Assembly (NCBI GenBank): GCA_963704165.1
Contig: CAVPHD010000005.1
Location: 192,001 to 256,000, forward strand
Reading direction: 5' to 3'
Length of the DNA stretch: 64,000 bases
Source: an uncultured delta proteobacterium
Lineage (GTDB): Bacteria > Myxococcota_A > UBA9160 > SZUA-336
Part shown: piece by piece, positions 40,380-51,386 of the stretch
Layout: the number at the start of each line of letters is the position of its first letter
Numbering within the stretch: the first letter of the stretch is position 1
Notes under the pieces: model-generated
Told to the model about the DNA's origin: nothing
Databases searched by the model: none
Seen by the model: only the letters and a program-made list of their open reading frames with translations
Program-made: the position numbers and the translations under genes

Positions 40380-41426
40380 ATGTCCGCGCAACTGAAGATA
40401 CTGATCGTCGATGACAGCGCGATCTATCGCAGCCTGATCGCCGGCTGCGTGCGCGAAATCCCGGACCTCCACTGCGTGGGTCTCGCTCACGAGGGTCGCG
40501 AGGCGGTCGCCAAGGCGAGGTTGCTCCGTCCGGATCTGATCCTGCTCGACGTCGAGATGCCCGTGCTGAGTGGCCTCGAGGCGATCCCGCAGCTTCGCGC
40601 GGTCGCCCCCGACGCGGGCATCATCATGATTTCGAGCCTGACCACGGAAGGCGCGAACGTGACGATGGAGGCGCTCCAGGCCGGCGCATTCGACTTCGTC
40701 ACCAAGCCGCGCGTGAAGGCGGGAGAAGACGGATTCGCCGCACTGCGCGAGCCGCTCCGCGCGGTCGTCGCGGCATTCCGCGAGGGACGCCTGCAGCGAT
40801 CCCGGCCCGCGAAGCTCCCGCCGCGCCCACGCGAGCGGTGCAAGACTCCCGTGATCGACGTCGTCGCGATCGGGGTTTCGACTGGCGGGCCGAGCGCGCT
40901 CGCCGAGCTGATTCCGAACCTCCCTCCCGATCTTCGGGTGCCGGTGCTGGTCGTGCAGCACATGCCGGCGCGATTCACGCCGTCGCTCGCGGCCTCTCTC
41001 GCCAGGCGATCGAAGTTGCGGGTCCTCGAGGCGGAGGACGGCCGACCGCTGCGCGCGGGCGAGGTGCTCGTGGCGCCCGGGGGCCGGCACCTGACGATCT
41101 CCGCCGCGAACTCGGAGCCGTTCGTCCGACTCACCCAGTCCGAGCCCGTGAATTCATTTCGCCCTTCGGTGGACGTGCTCTTCGCCTCGCTCGCCGACTC
41201 GCATCCCGGGCGTTCCCTGTGTCTGGTGATGACCGGCATGGGTGCCGACGGTCTTGCCGGCGTGAAGAAGGTCCGCGCACGCGGCGGATGGTGCATCGCA
41301 CAGGACCAGGCGAGCTGCGCGGTCTACGGCATGCCGCGCTCCGTGGTCGAAGCCGGTCAGGCCGACGAGGTGCTCGGCCTCGCAGATCTGCCGGCACGCG
41401 TGGCGGAGATCGCGAGCACACGATGA
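40380..41426 (+). CDS. cheB: Chemotaxis methylesterase CheB
   Basis: REC domain plus GVSTGGP, VQHMP, FRPSVDVLF, MTGMGADG, VYGMP. Confidence 0.95.
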   Translation: MSAQLKILIVDDSAIYRSLIAGCVREIPDLHCVGLAHEGREAVAKARLLRPDLILLDVEMPVLSGLEAIPQLRAVAPDAGIIMISSLTTEGANVTMEALQAGAFDFVTKPRVKAGEDGFAALREPLRAVVAAFREGRLQRSRPAKLPPRPRERCKTPVIDVVAIGVSTGGPSALAELIPNLPPDLRVPVLVVQHMPARFTPSLAASLARRSKLRVLEAEDGRPLRAGEVLVAPGGRHLTISAANSEPFVRLTQSEPVNSFRPSVDVLFASLADSHPGRSLCLVMTGMGADGLAGVKKVRARGGWCIAQDQASCAVYGMPRSVVEAGQADEVLGLADLPARVAEIASTR

Positions 41427-42274
41427 ACGTCCCCATCCTCGAAGACGACGAGTTCAAGCTGCTCCGCGACCTGATCCGGACGTGGTGCGGAATCGCGCTC
41501 GAGGACTCGAAGAAGTACCTCGTCGAATCGCGGCTTCGCGATCTCGTCCGTGAGACCGAATGTCCGACCTTCGGCGACTTCTACGCGAAGGCGCGGAAGG
41601 GAGACCTCCGGCTCCGGGACCGGATCATCGACCACATGACCACGAACGAAACTTCGTGGTTTCGCGATGGGACGCTCTGGGAGACGGTGCGCAAGGTGGT
41701 CATTCCCGACGCGATCGAAACTGCGCGGGCCGAGGGCCGGCCGCACATCTCGATCTGGTCGTCGGCCTGCTCGACGGGACAGGAGCCGTACACGATCGGG
41801 ATCCTGCTTCGCGAGATGGAAGCGGCGCGCGAGCTCGGCGGCTATCGCGCAGAGAGCTTCGACATCCTCGCCACGGACATCAGCCGTGCCGCCGTCTCGA
41901 TTGCCGAGGCTGGACGCTACGACCCGATCTCGATGTCGCGCGGGCTCGCGCCTGCGTACCGCGAACGCTGGTTCGAGAAAGCCGGCCGGATCTCCTGCCT
42001 GAGCGGCGACGTGAGGAAGCTCGTGCGGTTCGAGCGCATGAACCTCCTCGACGCGTTCGGCGGGCTGGGTCCGTTCGACGTGGTGTTCATGCGCAACGTG
42101 CTGATCTACTTCTCGGGCGAGTGCAAGAACTCGATCCTGTCGAAGGCAAGCCGCTCGCTGCACGCGGGCGGTGCGGTCCTCGTCGGCGCGACCGAGACAC
42201 CCGAGTTGTACTCCGACAGTTTCGAAGTCGTCCGGCACGGCCGGTCGACGATCTACCGAGTGAAGGAAGCGTGA
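41423..42274 (+). CDS. cheR: Chemotaxis methyltransferase CheR
   Basis: MTTNETSWFRD, IWSSACSTGQEPY, ATDIS, FMRNVLIYF. Confidence 0.95.
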   Translation: MNVPILEDDEFKLLRDLIRTWCGIALEDSKKYLVESRLRDLVRETECPTFGDFYAKARKGDLRLRDRIIDHMTTNETSWFRDGTLWETVRKVVIPDAIETARAEGRPHISIWSSACSTGQEPYTIGILLREMEAARELGGYRAESFDILATDISRAAVSIAEAGRYDPISMSRGLAPAYRERWFEKAGRISCLSGDVRKLVRFERMNLLDAFGGLGPFDVVFMRNVLIYFSGECKNSILSKASRSLHAGGAVLVGATETPELYSDSFEVVRHGRSTIYRVKEA

Positions 42275-42275
42275 G

Positions 42276-42647
42276 ATGAAGGTCCTGGTCGTCGATGACT
42301 CCGCGATCATGCGAAAGGTGATCGCACAGATCCTGGAGATGCTTGGTCACGACTCCGTGCCCGCTTCGAACGGAATCGATGCGTTCGATCGTCTCAAGGA
42401 GCACGAGGATGTCCGCCTGATCCTCCTGGATTGGAACATGCCCGAGATGAACGGAATCGAGTTCCTGCGCGAGATCAAGGGCCGGCAGAAGCTCTCCGAG
42501 ATCCCGGTGATCATGCTCACCACCGAGTCGGAACGCCGGAAGATGATCGAGGCGATCGAGGCCGGGGCGAAGCACTACCTGACCAAACCCTTCCAGCCCG
42601 AGACGCTGGCGACCAAGATCCTGCAGTGCGCGGGAGGTGGCGCATGA
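42276..42647 (+). CDS. cheY: Chemotaxis response regulator CheY
   Basis: [22 protein letters not shown]; inside che operon. Confidence 0.92.
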   Translation: MKVLVVDDSAIMRKVIAQILEMLGHDSVPASNGIDAFDRLKEHEDVRLILLDWNMPEMNGIEFLREIKGRQKLSEIPVIMLTTESERRKMIEAIEAGAKHYLTKPFQPETLATKILQCAGGGA

Positions 42648-43921
42648 CGACGAGCCTGGATTCCTCGAATCGGACGTGCGCGGCGGCTGTGATCGTCGCT
42701 CTGGCCGCGGTCCTCGGGCTTGCCGGGCTCGGCCACGTCTGGAGTTCGGCCCTCGTCGCCTGCTTCGCGCTCGCGGCACTCTGGACCTTCACGACGCTGG
42801 TCCTCCTGCCGCCGCTCGTCCGCGCGGCCGAGGAGCGAGACGCGCGGATCGCGGAGCTCGAGTCCAACGCTTCCGAGATCGGGCTCGCCGTCGATACGCT
42901 CTCGAAGCTCGCGGCTTCGCTCGCGCCGTCGACCGAGACGCTGGACCACGCCACGGCCACCCTGCTTCGCGACACCGAGGAGATGAGCGAGGCCAGCGAG
43001 ACGACGATTGCCGCGATCTCGGCGGTCGCGGCCGCCGTCGAGGAGTCGAGCGTGAACGTGCGCGACGTCGCGAACGGCGCGGGTTCGGTCTCGCAGCACA
43101 TGAGCGCCGCCGTTTCCGCCAGCGACATCTTCAACGACTCGATTCGATCCGTGAATGCGGCCGTGGAGGAGATGAGCGCATCGCTGCACGACGTCTCGGT
43201 GAGCTGTCAGCACTCCGCCGACGTCGCGGCCCAGGCAGCAACGCTCGCCGACGAGACCAATCAGACCGTGGCCGTCCTCGGCACCGCGGCTCGCGAGATC
43301 GGTCGCGTCGTCGACGTGATCAACGACATCGCCGACCAGACGAATCTGCTGGCGCTCAACGCCACGATCGAAGCCGCGAGCGCGGGTGACGCCGGACGCG
43401 GTTTCGCGGTCGTCGCGAACGAGGTGAAGGAGCTCGCGCGCCAGACGGGCGCCGCCACCGACGAGATCGTGAGCAAGGTCGATGGAATTCGCCGGACCAC
43501 CGAGGCCGCGGTCGCGTCGATCGAGAAGATCGGAGGGATCATCCAGTCCATGCGCGAGGCGACCCAGACGATCGCGACCGCGGTCGAAGAGCAGACCGCG
43601 ACGAGCAGCGAGATCTCGTCGAGCGTCAACACCGCGGCCGGTCGCGCCGAGGACATCTTCGGCTCCGTCCAGCGTGCGGCCTCCACGACCCAGAACGTGG
43701 CTCGAACGACCGACGAACTCTCGTCGGGCACGAACGAGATCGCGATGAACGCCGCCCAGGCCTCGGGTGGCGCGGGCGCGCTGCGCCGCAAGGTCGAATC
43801 CGTGCGGGCGACCGCGCAGAAGACGCGCGAGCTCGGGACCGAGACGCTCACCGCGATCCACGAGATCAACGACCAGAGCGATCGGATTCGCGCGCTGCTC
43901 TCGAAGTCTCGGCGCCGCTAG
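42644..43921 (+). CDS. Methyl-accepting chemotaxis protein without an evident sensor domain
   Basis: Two adjacent N-terminal TM segments; [37 protein letters not shown] hairpin. Confidence 0.92.
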   Translation: MTTSLDSSNRTCAAAVIVALAAVLGLAGLGHVWSSALVACFALAALWTFTTLVLLPPLVRAAEERDARIAELESNASEIGLAVDTLSKLAASLAPSTETLDHATATLLRDTEEMSEASETTIAAISAVAAAVEESSVNVRDVANGAGSVSQHMSAAVSASDIFNDSIRSVNAAVEEMSASLHDVSVSCQHSADVAAQAATLADETNQTVAVLGTAAREIGRVVDVINDIADQTNLLALNATIEAASAGDAGRGFAVVANEVKELARQTGAATDEIVSKVDGIRRTTEAAVASIEKIGGIIQSMREATQTIATAVEEQTATSSEISSSVNTAAGRAEDIFGSVQRAASTTQNVARTTDELSSGTNEIAMNAAQASGGAGALRRKVESVRATAQKTRELGTETLTAIHEINDQSDRIRALLSKSRRR

Positions 43922-43935
43922 CGGATAATCCCGGC

Positions 43936-44229
43936 GTGGACATGCGGGGGCGCATCGAGGCGCGGCTTCGGGAGGCGTTCGCGCCTCTCGTGCTCGAGGT
44001 TCGAGACGACAGCGCCCGCCATCGCGGACATGCCGGCGCTCGCTCCGGGGCGGGGCACTACCGCGTCGTCCTGGTCTCGGATCGCTTTCGCGGCGTTCCC
44101 CGCCTGGCTCGTCACCGGATGGTGTACGAGACTCTCTCCGATGGCCTCCGGCGGGAGATCCACGCACTCGAGCTCTACGTGCGGAGCCCGGACGAGCCGA
44201 TGGACGAATCCCAGAGAGAGAGCGGATGA
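43936..44229 (+). CDS. bolA: BolA family protein
   Basis: [31 protein letters not shown]. Confidence 0.9.
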   Translation: MDMRGRIEARLREAFAPLVLEVRDDSARHRGHAGARSGAGHYRVVLVSDRFRGVPRLARHRMVYETLSDGLRREIHALELYVRSPDEPMDESQRESG

Positions 44230-45836
44230 CCCCGGAGTGGAAGGCGCTCGAGACCCACTACGCGCGGATCGAGCCGGCGCATCTGCGTGATCTCTTCGCG
44301 GGCGACCCCCGCCGCGGCGAACGGTTCCGTGCCGAGGCGTGCGGGATCCATCTCGACTACTCGAAGAACCGGATCGACGACGAGACGATCTCGCTTCTGA
44401 TCCGTCTGGCCGAAGCCTGCGGTCTGCGGTCGCGAATCGACGCGATGTTCCGCGGCGAGAAGATCAACGTTTCGGAGAACCGCGCCGTCCTCCACGTGGC
44501 GTTGCGGGCGCCGAAGTCGGCCCGGATCGTCGTCGACGGTGTGGACGTGGTGTCATCCGTTCACGCGGTGCTCGACCGGATGGCGGCATTCGCCGCACGC
44601 GTCCGCGCGGGCGAGTGGAAGGGACACACGGGCCGGCGCATTCGCAACGTGGTCAACATCGGGATCGGCGGCTCGGATCTCGGACCGGCGATGGCCTACG
44701 AGGCGCTGCGAAGCCACAGCCTTCGTGAGCTCTCCTTCCGCTTCGTCTCCAACATCGACGGGAGCGATTTCGCGGAATCCGTTCGCGATCTCGATCCGGC
44801 GGAGACGCTGTTCATCGTCGCCTCGAAGACCTTCACGACCCTCGAGACGATGACCAACGCGCGCAGTGCGCGGCTGTGGTTGCTGGCTGCACGGGGCTTC
44901 GATGCGACCTCGATCGCGAAGCACTTCGTCGCGGTCTCCGCGAACCGACGGGAAGTCGCCGGCTTCGGAATCGACCCCGCGAACATGTTCGAGTTCTGGG
45001 ACTGGGTCGGAGGACGGTACTCGCTCGGCTCCGCGGTCGGGCTCTCGACGATGCTCGCGATCGGACCGGAGAACTTCCGCGCAATGCTGCGCGGATTCCA
45101 CGAGATGGACGAGCACTTCCGGACCGCGGCCTTCGAGCGCAACCTACCGGTGCTGATGGGCCTGCTCTCGGTCTGGCACGTGAACTTCTTCGGGTCCGAA
45201 ACCGCGGCGGTCCTGCCCTACGCGCAGAACCTGCGGCGCTTTCCCGCGTATCTTCAACAGCTCTCGATGGAGAGCAACGGGAAGCGCGTGGAGGTCGATG
45301 GGAGCGAGGTCGGCCATGCCACCGCGCCGGTCTGGTTCGGTGAACCCGGAACCAACGGCCAGCACTCCTTCCATCAGCTCCTCCATCAGGGGACTCCGCT
45401 GATTCCCTGCGACTTCATCGTCTTCGCGAAGACAGAGCACCCGCTCGGCCGACACCACGACATGCTCGTCGCAAATGCGCTCGCGCAGTCCGAGGCGCTG
45501 GCGTTCGGCAAGACACTCGCGCAGGTCCTCGCCGAAGGGACACCCGAGTCACTCGCGCCCCATCGCGTGTTCGAGGGAAATCGGCCCTCCAACACGATCC
45601 TCGCAGAGCAGCTCTCGCCCGAGACGCTGGGCAAGCTGATCGCGCTCTACGAGCACAGCGTCTTCACGCAGGGCGCGATCTGGAACATCGACTCGTTCGA
45701 CCAGTGGGGCGTCGAGCTGGGCAAGGCGCTGGCCGAATTCATCCTCCCGGAACTCGAGAGCGGGGTCGAGCCGGTGCTCGAGCACGACAGCTCGACCAAC
45801 GCGCTGGTTCGCCTCTACCGGAAGCTTCGCGGCTAG
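44226..45836 (+). CDS. pgi: Glucose-6-phosphate isomerase
   Basis: [56 protein letters not shown]. Confidence 0.97.
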   Translation: MTPEWKALETHYARIEPAHLRDLFAGDPRRGERFRAEACGIHLDYSKNRIDDETISLLIRLAEACGLRSRIDAMFRGEKINVSENRAVLHVALRAPKSARIVVDGVDVVSSVHAVLDRMAAFAARVRAGEWKGHTGRRIRNVVNIGIGGSDLGPAMAYEALRSHSLRELSFRFVSNIDGSDFAESVRDLDPAETLFIVASKTFTTLETMTNARSARLWLLAARGFDATSIAKHFVAVSANRREVAGFGIDPANMFEFWDWVGGRYSLGSAVGLSTMLAIGPENFRAMLRGFHEMDEHFRTAAFERNLPVLMGLLSVWHVNFFGSETAAVLPYAQNLRRFPAYLQQLSMESNGKRVEVDGSEVGHATAPVWFGEPGTNGQHSFHQLLHQGTPLIPCDFIVFAKTEHPLGRHHDMLVANALAQSEALAFGKTLAQVLAEGTPESLAPHRVFEGNRPSNTILAEQLSPETLGKLIALYEHSVFTQGAIWNIDSFDQWGVELGKALAEFILPELESGVEPVLEHDSSTNALVRLYRKLRG

Positions 45837-46636
45837 TTCGTTGCGGGAAGCTCGACGCGGAAGACCGTCCCCGGACCGGCACCCCGCACGAGTTCGAGCG
45901 CACCGCCGTGCTCTTCCGCGATTCTCCGGCTGATGTAGAGCCCGAGGCCGGTGCCCGCTCCCGATGCCTTGGTCGTGAAGAATGGCGCGAAGATCTTCTC
46001 CTCGAGCTCGCCGGAGATGCCGGGGCCGGTGTCTTCGATCTCGATTCGGACTCCGTCGGGAAGGTCGCGCGTGCGCACCGCGATCCGATGCGACCGGCCG
46101 GGCAGGGCGGCGCAGGCGTCGATCGAGTTCTGGAGCAGGTTGAGGAAGACCTGGCCGAGCCGCGTCCGGTCGCCTTCGATCGCACGCGTCGCCTGGAGAT
46201 CGCGCACCAGCTCGGCTCGCGCGGAGAGCGAGCGGGAGACGAGCCGCAGCGTCTGGTCGAGCACGTCGGAGATCGAAAGGGTCGAAATCACGCGCTCGCC
46301 GCTGCGAGAGAGCGAGAGCAGGTCGCGTACGAGGTCGCGGATCCGCTGCGCGCCTTCGGTCGCGTCAGCGAGCAGTTCCGCGGCCAGATCGAGCCCTCCG
46401 CACTCGTCGAGCTTCCACTCGAGGTCCGAGATCCGGGACTCCGCGTTCGCGAGGCCGGAGCCCCGGATCGCGTCGCGATAGCCATCGAGGGTCTCTTTGA
46501 TCGCCGCGCAGGAACGCGCCAGCTCGCCGAGATTCGCGAGGACGTACGTGATCGGGTTGTTGATCTCGTGCGCCACGCCCGCCACGAGCGCCGCGGTCTC
46601 GCCCGAGCTTCGTACGTCGCTACTCCGAACCGGCAT
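45833..46636 (-). CDS. Histidine kinase (HisKA+HATPase) lacking a sensor domain; start approximate
   Basis: [41 protein letters not shown]. Confidence 0.85.
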   Translation of the reverse strand: MPVRSSDVRSSGETAALVAGVAHEINNPITYVLANLGELARSCAAIKETLDGYRDAIRGSGLANAESRISDLEWKLDECGGLDLAAELLADATEGAQRIRDLVRDLLSLSRSGERVISTLSISDVLDQTLRLVSRSLSARAELVRDLQATRAIEGDRTRLGQVFLNLLQNSIDACAALPGRSHRIAVRTRDLPDGVRIEIEDTGPGISGELEEKIFAPFFTTKASGAGTGLGLYISRRIAEEHGGALELVRGAGPGTVFRVELPATN

Positions 46637-46712
46637 CTCTCGATACATCGGACGCATCGGGGCGGCACTTTCGGGCTCGACGCGGGCGCAGCCGCGAGCC
46701 AAGCTTCCCGAC

Positions 46713-47966
46713 GTGGACGGAGCGCCCCTCGCGCGCGCGATTCTGCACGCGGACATGGACGCGTTCTTCGCGGCCATCGAGCAACGCGACGATCCGCGCC
46801 TGCGCGGCCGGCCCGTCGTCGTCGGCGGAGCGACGGCGCGAGGCGTCGTGGCGGCCGCGAGCTACGAGGCGCGCCTCTTCGGCATTCACTCCGCGATGCC
46901 TTCGGCACAGGCGCGCAAGCTCTGTCCACACGCCGTCTTCGTCCGCGGACGCATGCCGGTGTACCGTCGGGAGAGCCGCAGGATCTTCGAGATCTTTCGC
47001 AGGTTCACGCCCTCGGTCGAGGGGATCTCGCTCGACGAGGCGTTCCTCGATCTGACGGGAACCGAGCAGCTCTTCGGCCCACCCGAGCGAACCGCCGTGC
47101 GCCTTCGCGCCGAGGTCCGAAGCGAGACCGGCCTCGCCGTCTCGGCCGGGCTCGCGCAGGTGAAGCTCGTCGCGAAGATCGCGAGCGATCTCGCCAAGCC
47201 CGATGGTCTCTTGATCGTTCGCCCCGGGGAGGAGCGAGCCTTCCTCGAGAAGCTCCCGGTCGGACGCATCTGGGGCGTCGGGCCGGTCACGCGCGCGCGA
47301 CTCGAGCGGGTCGGGATCCGCACGATCGGCCAGCTCGCGGCTCGGCCGGATGCGGAGCTCCTCGCCCTGCTCGGCAGCTTCGGTCCCGCGGCCGCGCGAC
47401 TCGCGCGCGGAGAGGACGCGCGCGAGGTCGAGACGTATCGCGAGGCGAAGTCCTACTCGGAGGAGAGCACGTTCGAATCCGACATCGCGTCCCGTGTCGC
47501 GCTCGAGCGGGCGATTCGTGCCCACGCAGAGGCCGTCGCGCGACGGCTTCGGAACGACGGTCTGCGCGCGCGCGGCGTCGCGCTCAAGCTGAAGCTCGCC
47601 CGTCCCCTCGGCGGTGGCCGCTTTCCGATCCTCGCGCGCTCGTGCACGCTCGAGCGCGCGAGCGACGACGGTGCCGATCTCGCGGCCGCGGGCTGCGCGC
47701 TGCTCGCGCGAGCCGGGCTGACGGAGCCGGTGCGACTGCTCGGGCTCGCGGCGGAACGGCTCCTGGCCGAAGCACCGGAGCAGCTCTCGCTTCTCGACGA
47801 GACCGCCGAGTCCCGCGCGCGGCGCACGAGGCTGAATCGCACGCTCGACGCGATCCGCGAGCGGTTCGGTCCGACCGCGCTCGATCGGGCCGAGGGTGGA
47901 GTCGAGCGCGACGGTCTCTCGTTCCAGATCAAGAGAGGCGAGGACCCGGACGAACGCGTCGAGTGA
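46713..47966 (+). CDS. dinB: DNA polymerase IV
   Basis: ILHADMDAFFA, AASYEAR.FG..SAMP, SLDEAFLD, AKIASD..KPDG, IWGVG. Confidence 0.95.
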   Translation: MDGAPLARAILHADMDAFFAAIEQRDDPRLRGRPVVVGGATARGVVAAASYEARLFGIHSAMPSAQARKLCPHAVFVRGRMPVYRRESRRIFEIFRRFTPSVEGISLDEAFLDLTGTEQLFGPPERTAVRLRAEVRSETGLAVSAGLAQVKLVAKIASDLAKPDGLLIVRPGEERAFLEKLPVGRIWGVGPVTRARLERVGIRTIGQLAARPDAELLALLGSFGPAAARLARGEDAREVETYREAKSYSEESTFESDIASRVALERAIRAHAEAVARRLRNDGLRARGVALKLKLARPLGGGRFPILARSCTLERASDDGADLAAAGCALLARAGLTEPVRLLGLAAERLLAEAPEQLSLLDETAESRARRTRLNRTLDAIRERFGPTALDRAEGGVERDGLSFQIKRGEDPDERVE

Positions 47967-47979
47967 TATCCTCGCACTC

Positions 47980-49179
47980 ATGCTGGACCCACGACACGTC
48001 GCCCCTACACCGGAATCCGTTGGCCTCGACTCGGCCCTGGTCGAAGCCCTCTTCGCGCGGGCCGCCAAGGAAGTCGATCTGGGCCTGCTTCCCTCCGCGC
48101 AGATCGCCATCGCCCGAAACGGCAAGGTCGCGGCGATGCGCACGTTCGGCACCGCGCGCCACGAGGGTGTGGATTCGCCCGCGACGAACGAGACGCTGTA
48201 CTGCGTGTTCTCGTCGACGAAGGCGATCACGTCGGCGGCGGCATGGCTCCTGATCCAGGAAGGATTGCTCGACATCCGCGCGCGCGTTGCCGATCTCGTT
48301 CCCGAGTTCGCGCAGAACGGAAAGCACGAGGTCACGGTCGAGCAGCTCTTCACGCATACCGCCGGTTTTCCGCAGGCCCCGTTCATTCCGAGTCACTTTC
48401 TCGACCGCGAGAAACGGCTCGCGCGCTTCGCGAGCTGGAAGCTGAATACGAAGCCGGGCGAGCGTTTCGAGTACCACCCATCGTCGTCGATGTACGTGAT
48501 CGCGGAGCTGATCGAGCGGATCTCGGGCAAGAGCTACGGCGCCTTCGTGCGCGAGCGGATTGCCGAACCGCTCGGACTCGACGACCTCTGGGTCGGGCTT
48601 CCGACGGCCCTGCACGGCCGGCTCGCCGACTGCGTTCACGTCGGCGAGGCGCTCACCGACGAGGATTACCGCAAGCTCGGCATGCCGAAGCCGCCCGTCA
48701 CCGAGGTGACCGAGGACGCGATCTCGGCCTTCAACCGCGCAGACTTCCGCATCGCGGGAATTCCCGGTGGCGGCGGCACGATGACCGCCGCGGATCTCGC
48801 GCTCTTCTACCAGGCGCTGCTCGACGGTGGACGCGCGATGGCGGGGTGCGAGCTCTGGAAGCCCGAGATGCTCGTGCGCGCGAAGGAGATCCGTTCGGGG
48901 TCGCTCCGCGATCTGCTCTTCGGGAAGGCCGCGAATCGCTCGCTCGGCCTGATCATCGCCGGCGACGACGAACGGACGTATCGCGGATTCGGCCACACCA
49001 ACTCGGAGCTCGCGTTCGGTCACGGCGGCGCGGGCGGCCAGATCGGCTGGGCCGATCCGAGCACAGGCATCTCGATCGGCTACTGCACCAACGGCCACGA
49101 CCGCAACACGATCCGCCAGGCGCGCCGCGGCGTGGGGATCTCGAGCCGCGCGGCCAGCTGCGCACGCCACGCGAGTTGA
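47980..49179 (+). CDS. Serine hydrolase, beta-lactamase family
   Basis: FSSTK (SxxK), LFTHTAG, EYH, FGHGGAGG. Confidence 0.88.
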   Translation: MLDPRHVAPTPESVGLDSALVEALFARAAKEVDLGLLPSAQIAIARNGKVAAMRTFGTARHEGVDSPATNETLYCVFSSTKAITSAAAWLLIQEGLLDIRARVADLVPEFAQNGKHEVTVEQLFTHTAGFPQAPFIPSHFLDREKRLARFASWKLNTKPGERFEYHPSSSMYVIAELIERISGKSYGAFVRERIAEPLGLDDLWVGLPTALHGRLADCVHVGEALTDEDYRKLGMPKPPVTEVTEDAISAFNRADFRIAGIPGGGGTMTAADLALFYQALLDGGRAMAGCELWKPEMLVRAKEIRSGSLRDLLFGKAANRSLGLIIAGDDERTYRGFGHTNSELAFGHGGAGGQIGWADPSTGISIGYCTNGHDRNTIRQARRGVGISSRAASCARHAS

Positions 49180-50405
49180 AGAAGAGCGAGTTCTTCCGCC
49201 GCGCGCGCACGGACCTTCCCGGTCCACTCGCGGGCTTGAGCGTTCTCGAGGCGACGACGACATGGGCCGGGCCGATGTGCGCATGCGTGCTCGCCGACTT
49301 CGGCGCCGATGTGATCAAGGTCGAGCTTCCGGGGGGTGAGGTCGCGAGACGGCTTCCGCCGACGCTGCCGGACGGCGAGCCGCCGCTCTCGTTCATGCAC
49401 GTGACCGCGAATCGAAACAAGCGCAGCCTGACACTCGATCTGCGCCGACCCGAGGGACGCGACGTCTTCCTCGCGTTGGCTGCGCGTGCGGACGTGGTGG
49501 TCGAGAACTTCCGCCCCGGAACGATGGCTGGATGGGGACTCGGCTACGAGCACGTGCGGACGGTTCGACCCGATACGGTGTACGTCTCGATCAGCGGATA
49601 CGGGCAGTTCGGTCGCGACAGCGAGCGCGCCGGGTACGACCCGATGGCGCAGGCCTCGAGTGGCTGGCTGTCGTTGAATGGCGAGCCGGACGGAGCGCCG
49701 GTGAAGGCACCGACCTTCATCGGCGACGACCTCGCGGGTCTGCACGGCGCGCTCGCGGCGATGGCCGCCCTTCGTCACCGTGATCGCACCGGTGAAGGAC
49801 AACACTGCGATGTGGCGTTGCAGGACGCGCTCCTCTTCCAGTCGAATGGCTACCCGATGCTCGCCGCGCTCGGCGTGCCGCTCCCGCGCATGGGCAGTCA
49901 GTTCGTAGTCGCGGCACCGGCGGGCGTGTACGCGTGCAGCGACGGATTCGTCATGCTCGGAGTCCTGCTCGATGCGCACTGGAGGACTCTCGCGGGCTTG
50001 CTCGGTCATCCCGAGCTGGCGACGCACGCCGACTACGCCACCACCATGGGCCGAGTCGCGCACCGCGCCGAGTTGAACGCCCTGGTCTCGGAGTGGGTCG
50101 CGGAGCTTCCGGTCGCGGACGTCGTTGCTCGCCTCGAGGTCGAGGGCCTTCCCGCATCACCCGTGCGCAGCTTCGCCGAGTCCGCAAGCGATCCGCACGT
50201 GCTCGAGCGCGACATGCTGCAGACGGTCGTGCTCGAGAACGGCCGACCGGCGCCCGTCGTCGGGCCGGCGACCAAGTTCTCTCGAACGCCGGTGCGCGTG
50301 CGTTCGGCTGCGCCGGCACTCGGAGCACACAACGACGAGATCCTGGCCGAGATCGGACTCGACGAGGCCGCGCGCGCGCGACTTCGCGACGACGGGATCG
50401 TCTAG
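49176..50405 (+). CDS. CoA transferase, family III (CaiB/BaiF)
   Basis: AGP...LADFGADVIKVE, NRNKRSL.LDL, ADVVVENFRPG, ISGYGQ, GYD, APALGAHN. Confidence 0.92.
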   Translation: MKKSEFFRRARTDLPGPLAGLSVLEATTTWAGPMCACVLADFGADVIKVELPGGEVARRLPPTLPDGEPPLSFMHVTANRNKRSLTLDLRRPEGRDVFLALAARADVVVENFRPGTMAGWGLGYEHVRTVRPDTVYVSISGYGQFGRDSERAGYDPMAQASSGWLSLNGEPDGAPVKAPTFIGDDLAGLHGALAAMAALRHRDRTGEGQHCDVALQDALLFQSNGYPMLAALGVPLPRMGSQFVVAAPAGVYACSDGFVMLGVLLDAHWRTLAGLLGHPELATHADYATTMGRVAHRAELNALVSEWVAELPVADVVARLEVEGLPASPVRSFAESASDPHVLERDMLQTVVLENGRPAPVVGPATKFSRTPVRVRSAAPALGAHNDEILAEIGLDEAARARLRDDGIV

Positions 50406-51199
50406 TCCCGCGCTCTCGTTCGGGTGAGGACGAGAGCCAACGCGGCGACACCAATCAGCGTCGTGGCCGGAGCCTCCGGCACGGCGACGATGGCGTCGAT
50501 CTCCGAGGCGTACGTGTCGTCCGCGGGCTGCCAGATCCGCACGTACTCGATCCAGGGCAGGTCGAAGTCCGCGAGGTCGATCCCGACGCCGCCGCCGGCA
50601 CCGGCGTACAGCGCCGCGATCTGCGCGGTGTCGAGCCCGACGAAGTCGGAGGCGTCGAGCGACGGATCGACCGGAAGCGTGAAGCGGGTCGGAATCGTTC
50701 CTCCCGCCGAGAACGGCCCCGTCGGGTCGCGATACGCGAGCGTCGGGAAGAGTGTGTCCGCGAAGATCCCGATGGCGTCGATCCAGAAGACGCCATCCTG
50801 ACTGAGCGAGATCCGCGCCGGCTCGCCGAAGACCACGCCGTCGGCGAGCCCGGTCTCGAAATCGATGCCGAGGAACGCGTTTCCGTAGATCAAGAGATCG
50901 ATCCCGAACGGATTTGCGGGATCGTCCTCGACGAGTCGGTCGAAGCGAACGATCAATTCGCCGCCGGCTCCGATCGCGACGACCTGCTCCGGGAGATAAG
51001 CTGCGTTGAACGGCGTGACGTCGCCGTCGTAGGGACCGTTCCCCGTCGAGCGCGCGGGCGCGCCGAGGGAGCTGAGCGGATCGTCCCACCCGAAGGGCAC
51101 GTTGCTGCCGGGCGTGTAGCTGACGACCTGCGTCGCGAACGACGAGGCGAACGCGGGATGCGCCAGTACGCAGAGCAATGAGAGGACGAGCATTCGCAT
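50402..51199 (-). CDS. PEP-CTERM surface protein under a cobalamin riboswitch, putative BtuH-like B12-binding domain
   Basis: SD aagga; signal peptide; C-terminal VPEA + hydrophobic helix + basic tail; motifs IGAGGELIVRFD, DLLIYGNAF, EPARISLSQDG, GGVGIDLAD, IEYVRI. Confidence 0.75.
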   Translation of the reverse strand: MRMLVLSLLCVLAHPAFASSFATQVVSYTPGSNVPFGWDDPLSSLGAPARSTGNGPYDGDVTPFNAAYLPEQVVAIGAGGELIVRFDRLVEDDPANPFGIDLLIYGNAFLGIDFETGLADGVVFGEPARISLSQDGVFWIDAIGIFADTLFPTLAYRDPTGPFSAGGTIPTRFTLPVDPSLDASDFVGLDTAQIAALYAGAGGGVGIDLADFDLPWIEYVRIWQPADDTYASEIDAIVAVPEAPATTLIGVAALALVLTRTRARD

Positions 51200-51240
51200 G
51201 TGGATTCCTTTCTCGCGGCCGGAGAAGTTCATACCCACGT

Positions 51241-51386
51241 GGAAGGCCGGTCTTCTGGCTCCCGGATCACTCTCACGCCGCGCCTTCCCAGGATCTCGCG
51301 ATCCCAGTGGCTTGCTCATGCGGCGCTCGTCCCCGGATACAGCGACGGGCTCGCGCCGGATTCCCACCGGCTTCCCGACACCTTCC
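51241..51386 (-). ncRNA. Cobalamin riboswitch (leader of the PEP-CTERM gene)
   Basis: Minus strand: GGAAGGUG..GGGAAGCCGGUGGGAAUCCGGC..CCCGUCGCUGU..GCCACUGGG..GGGAAGGC..AGCCAGAAGACCGGCCUUCC (B12 box; P1 GGAAGG/CCUUCC). Confidence 0.9.

Noticed and set aside
47980..49179. Antibiotic-resistance beta-lactamase
   Set aside because: Generic esterase-type family member coupled to a CoA transferase; no class A/C/D signatures beyond SxxK
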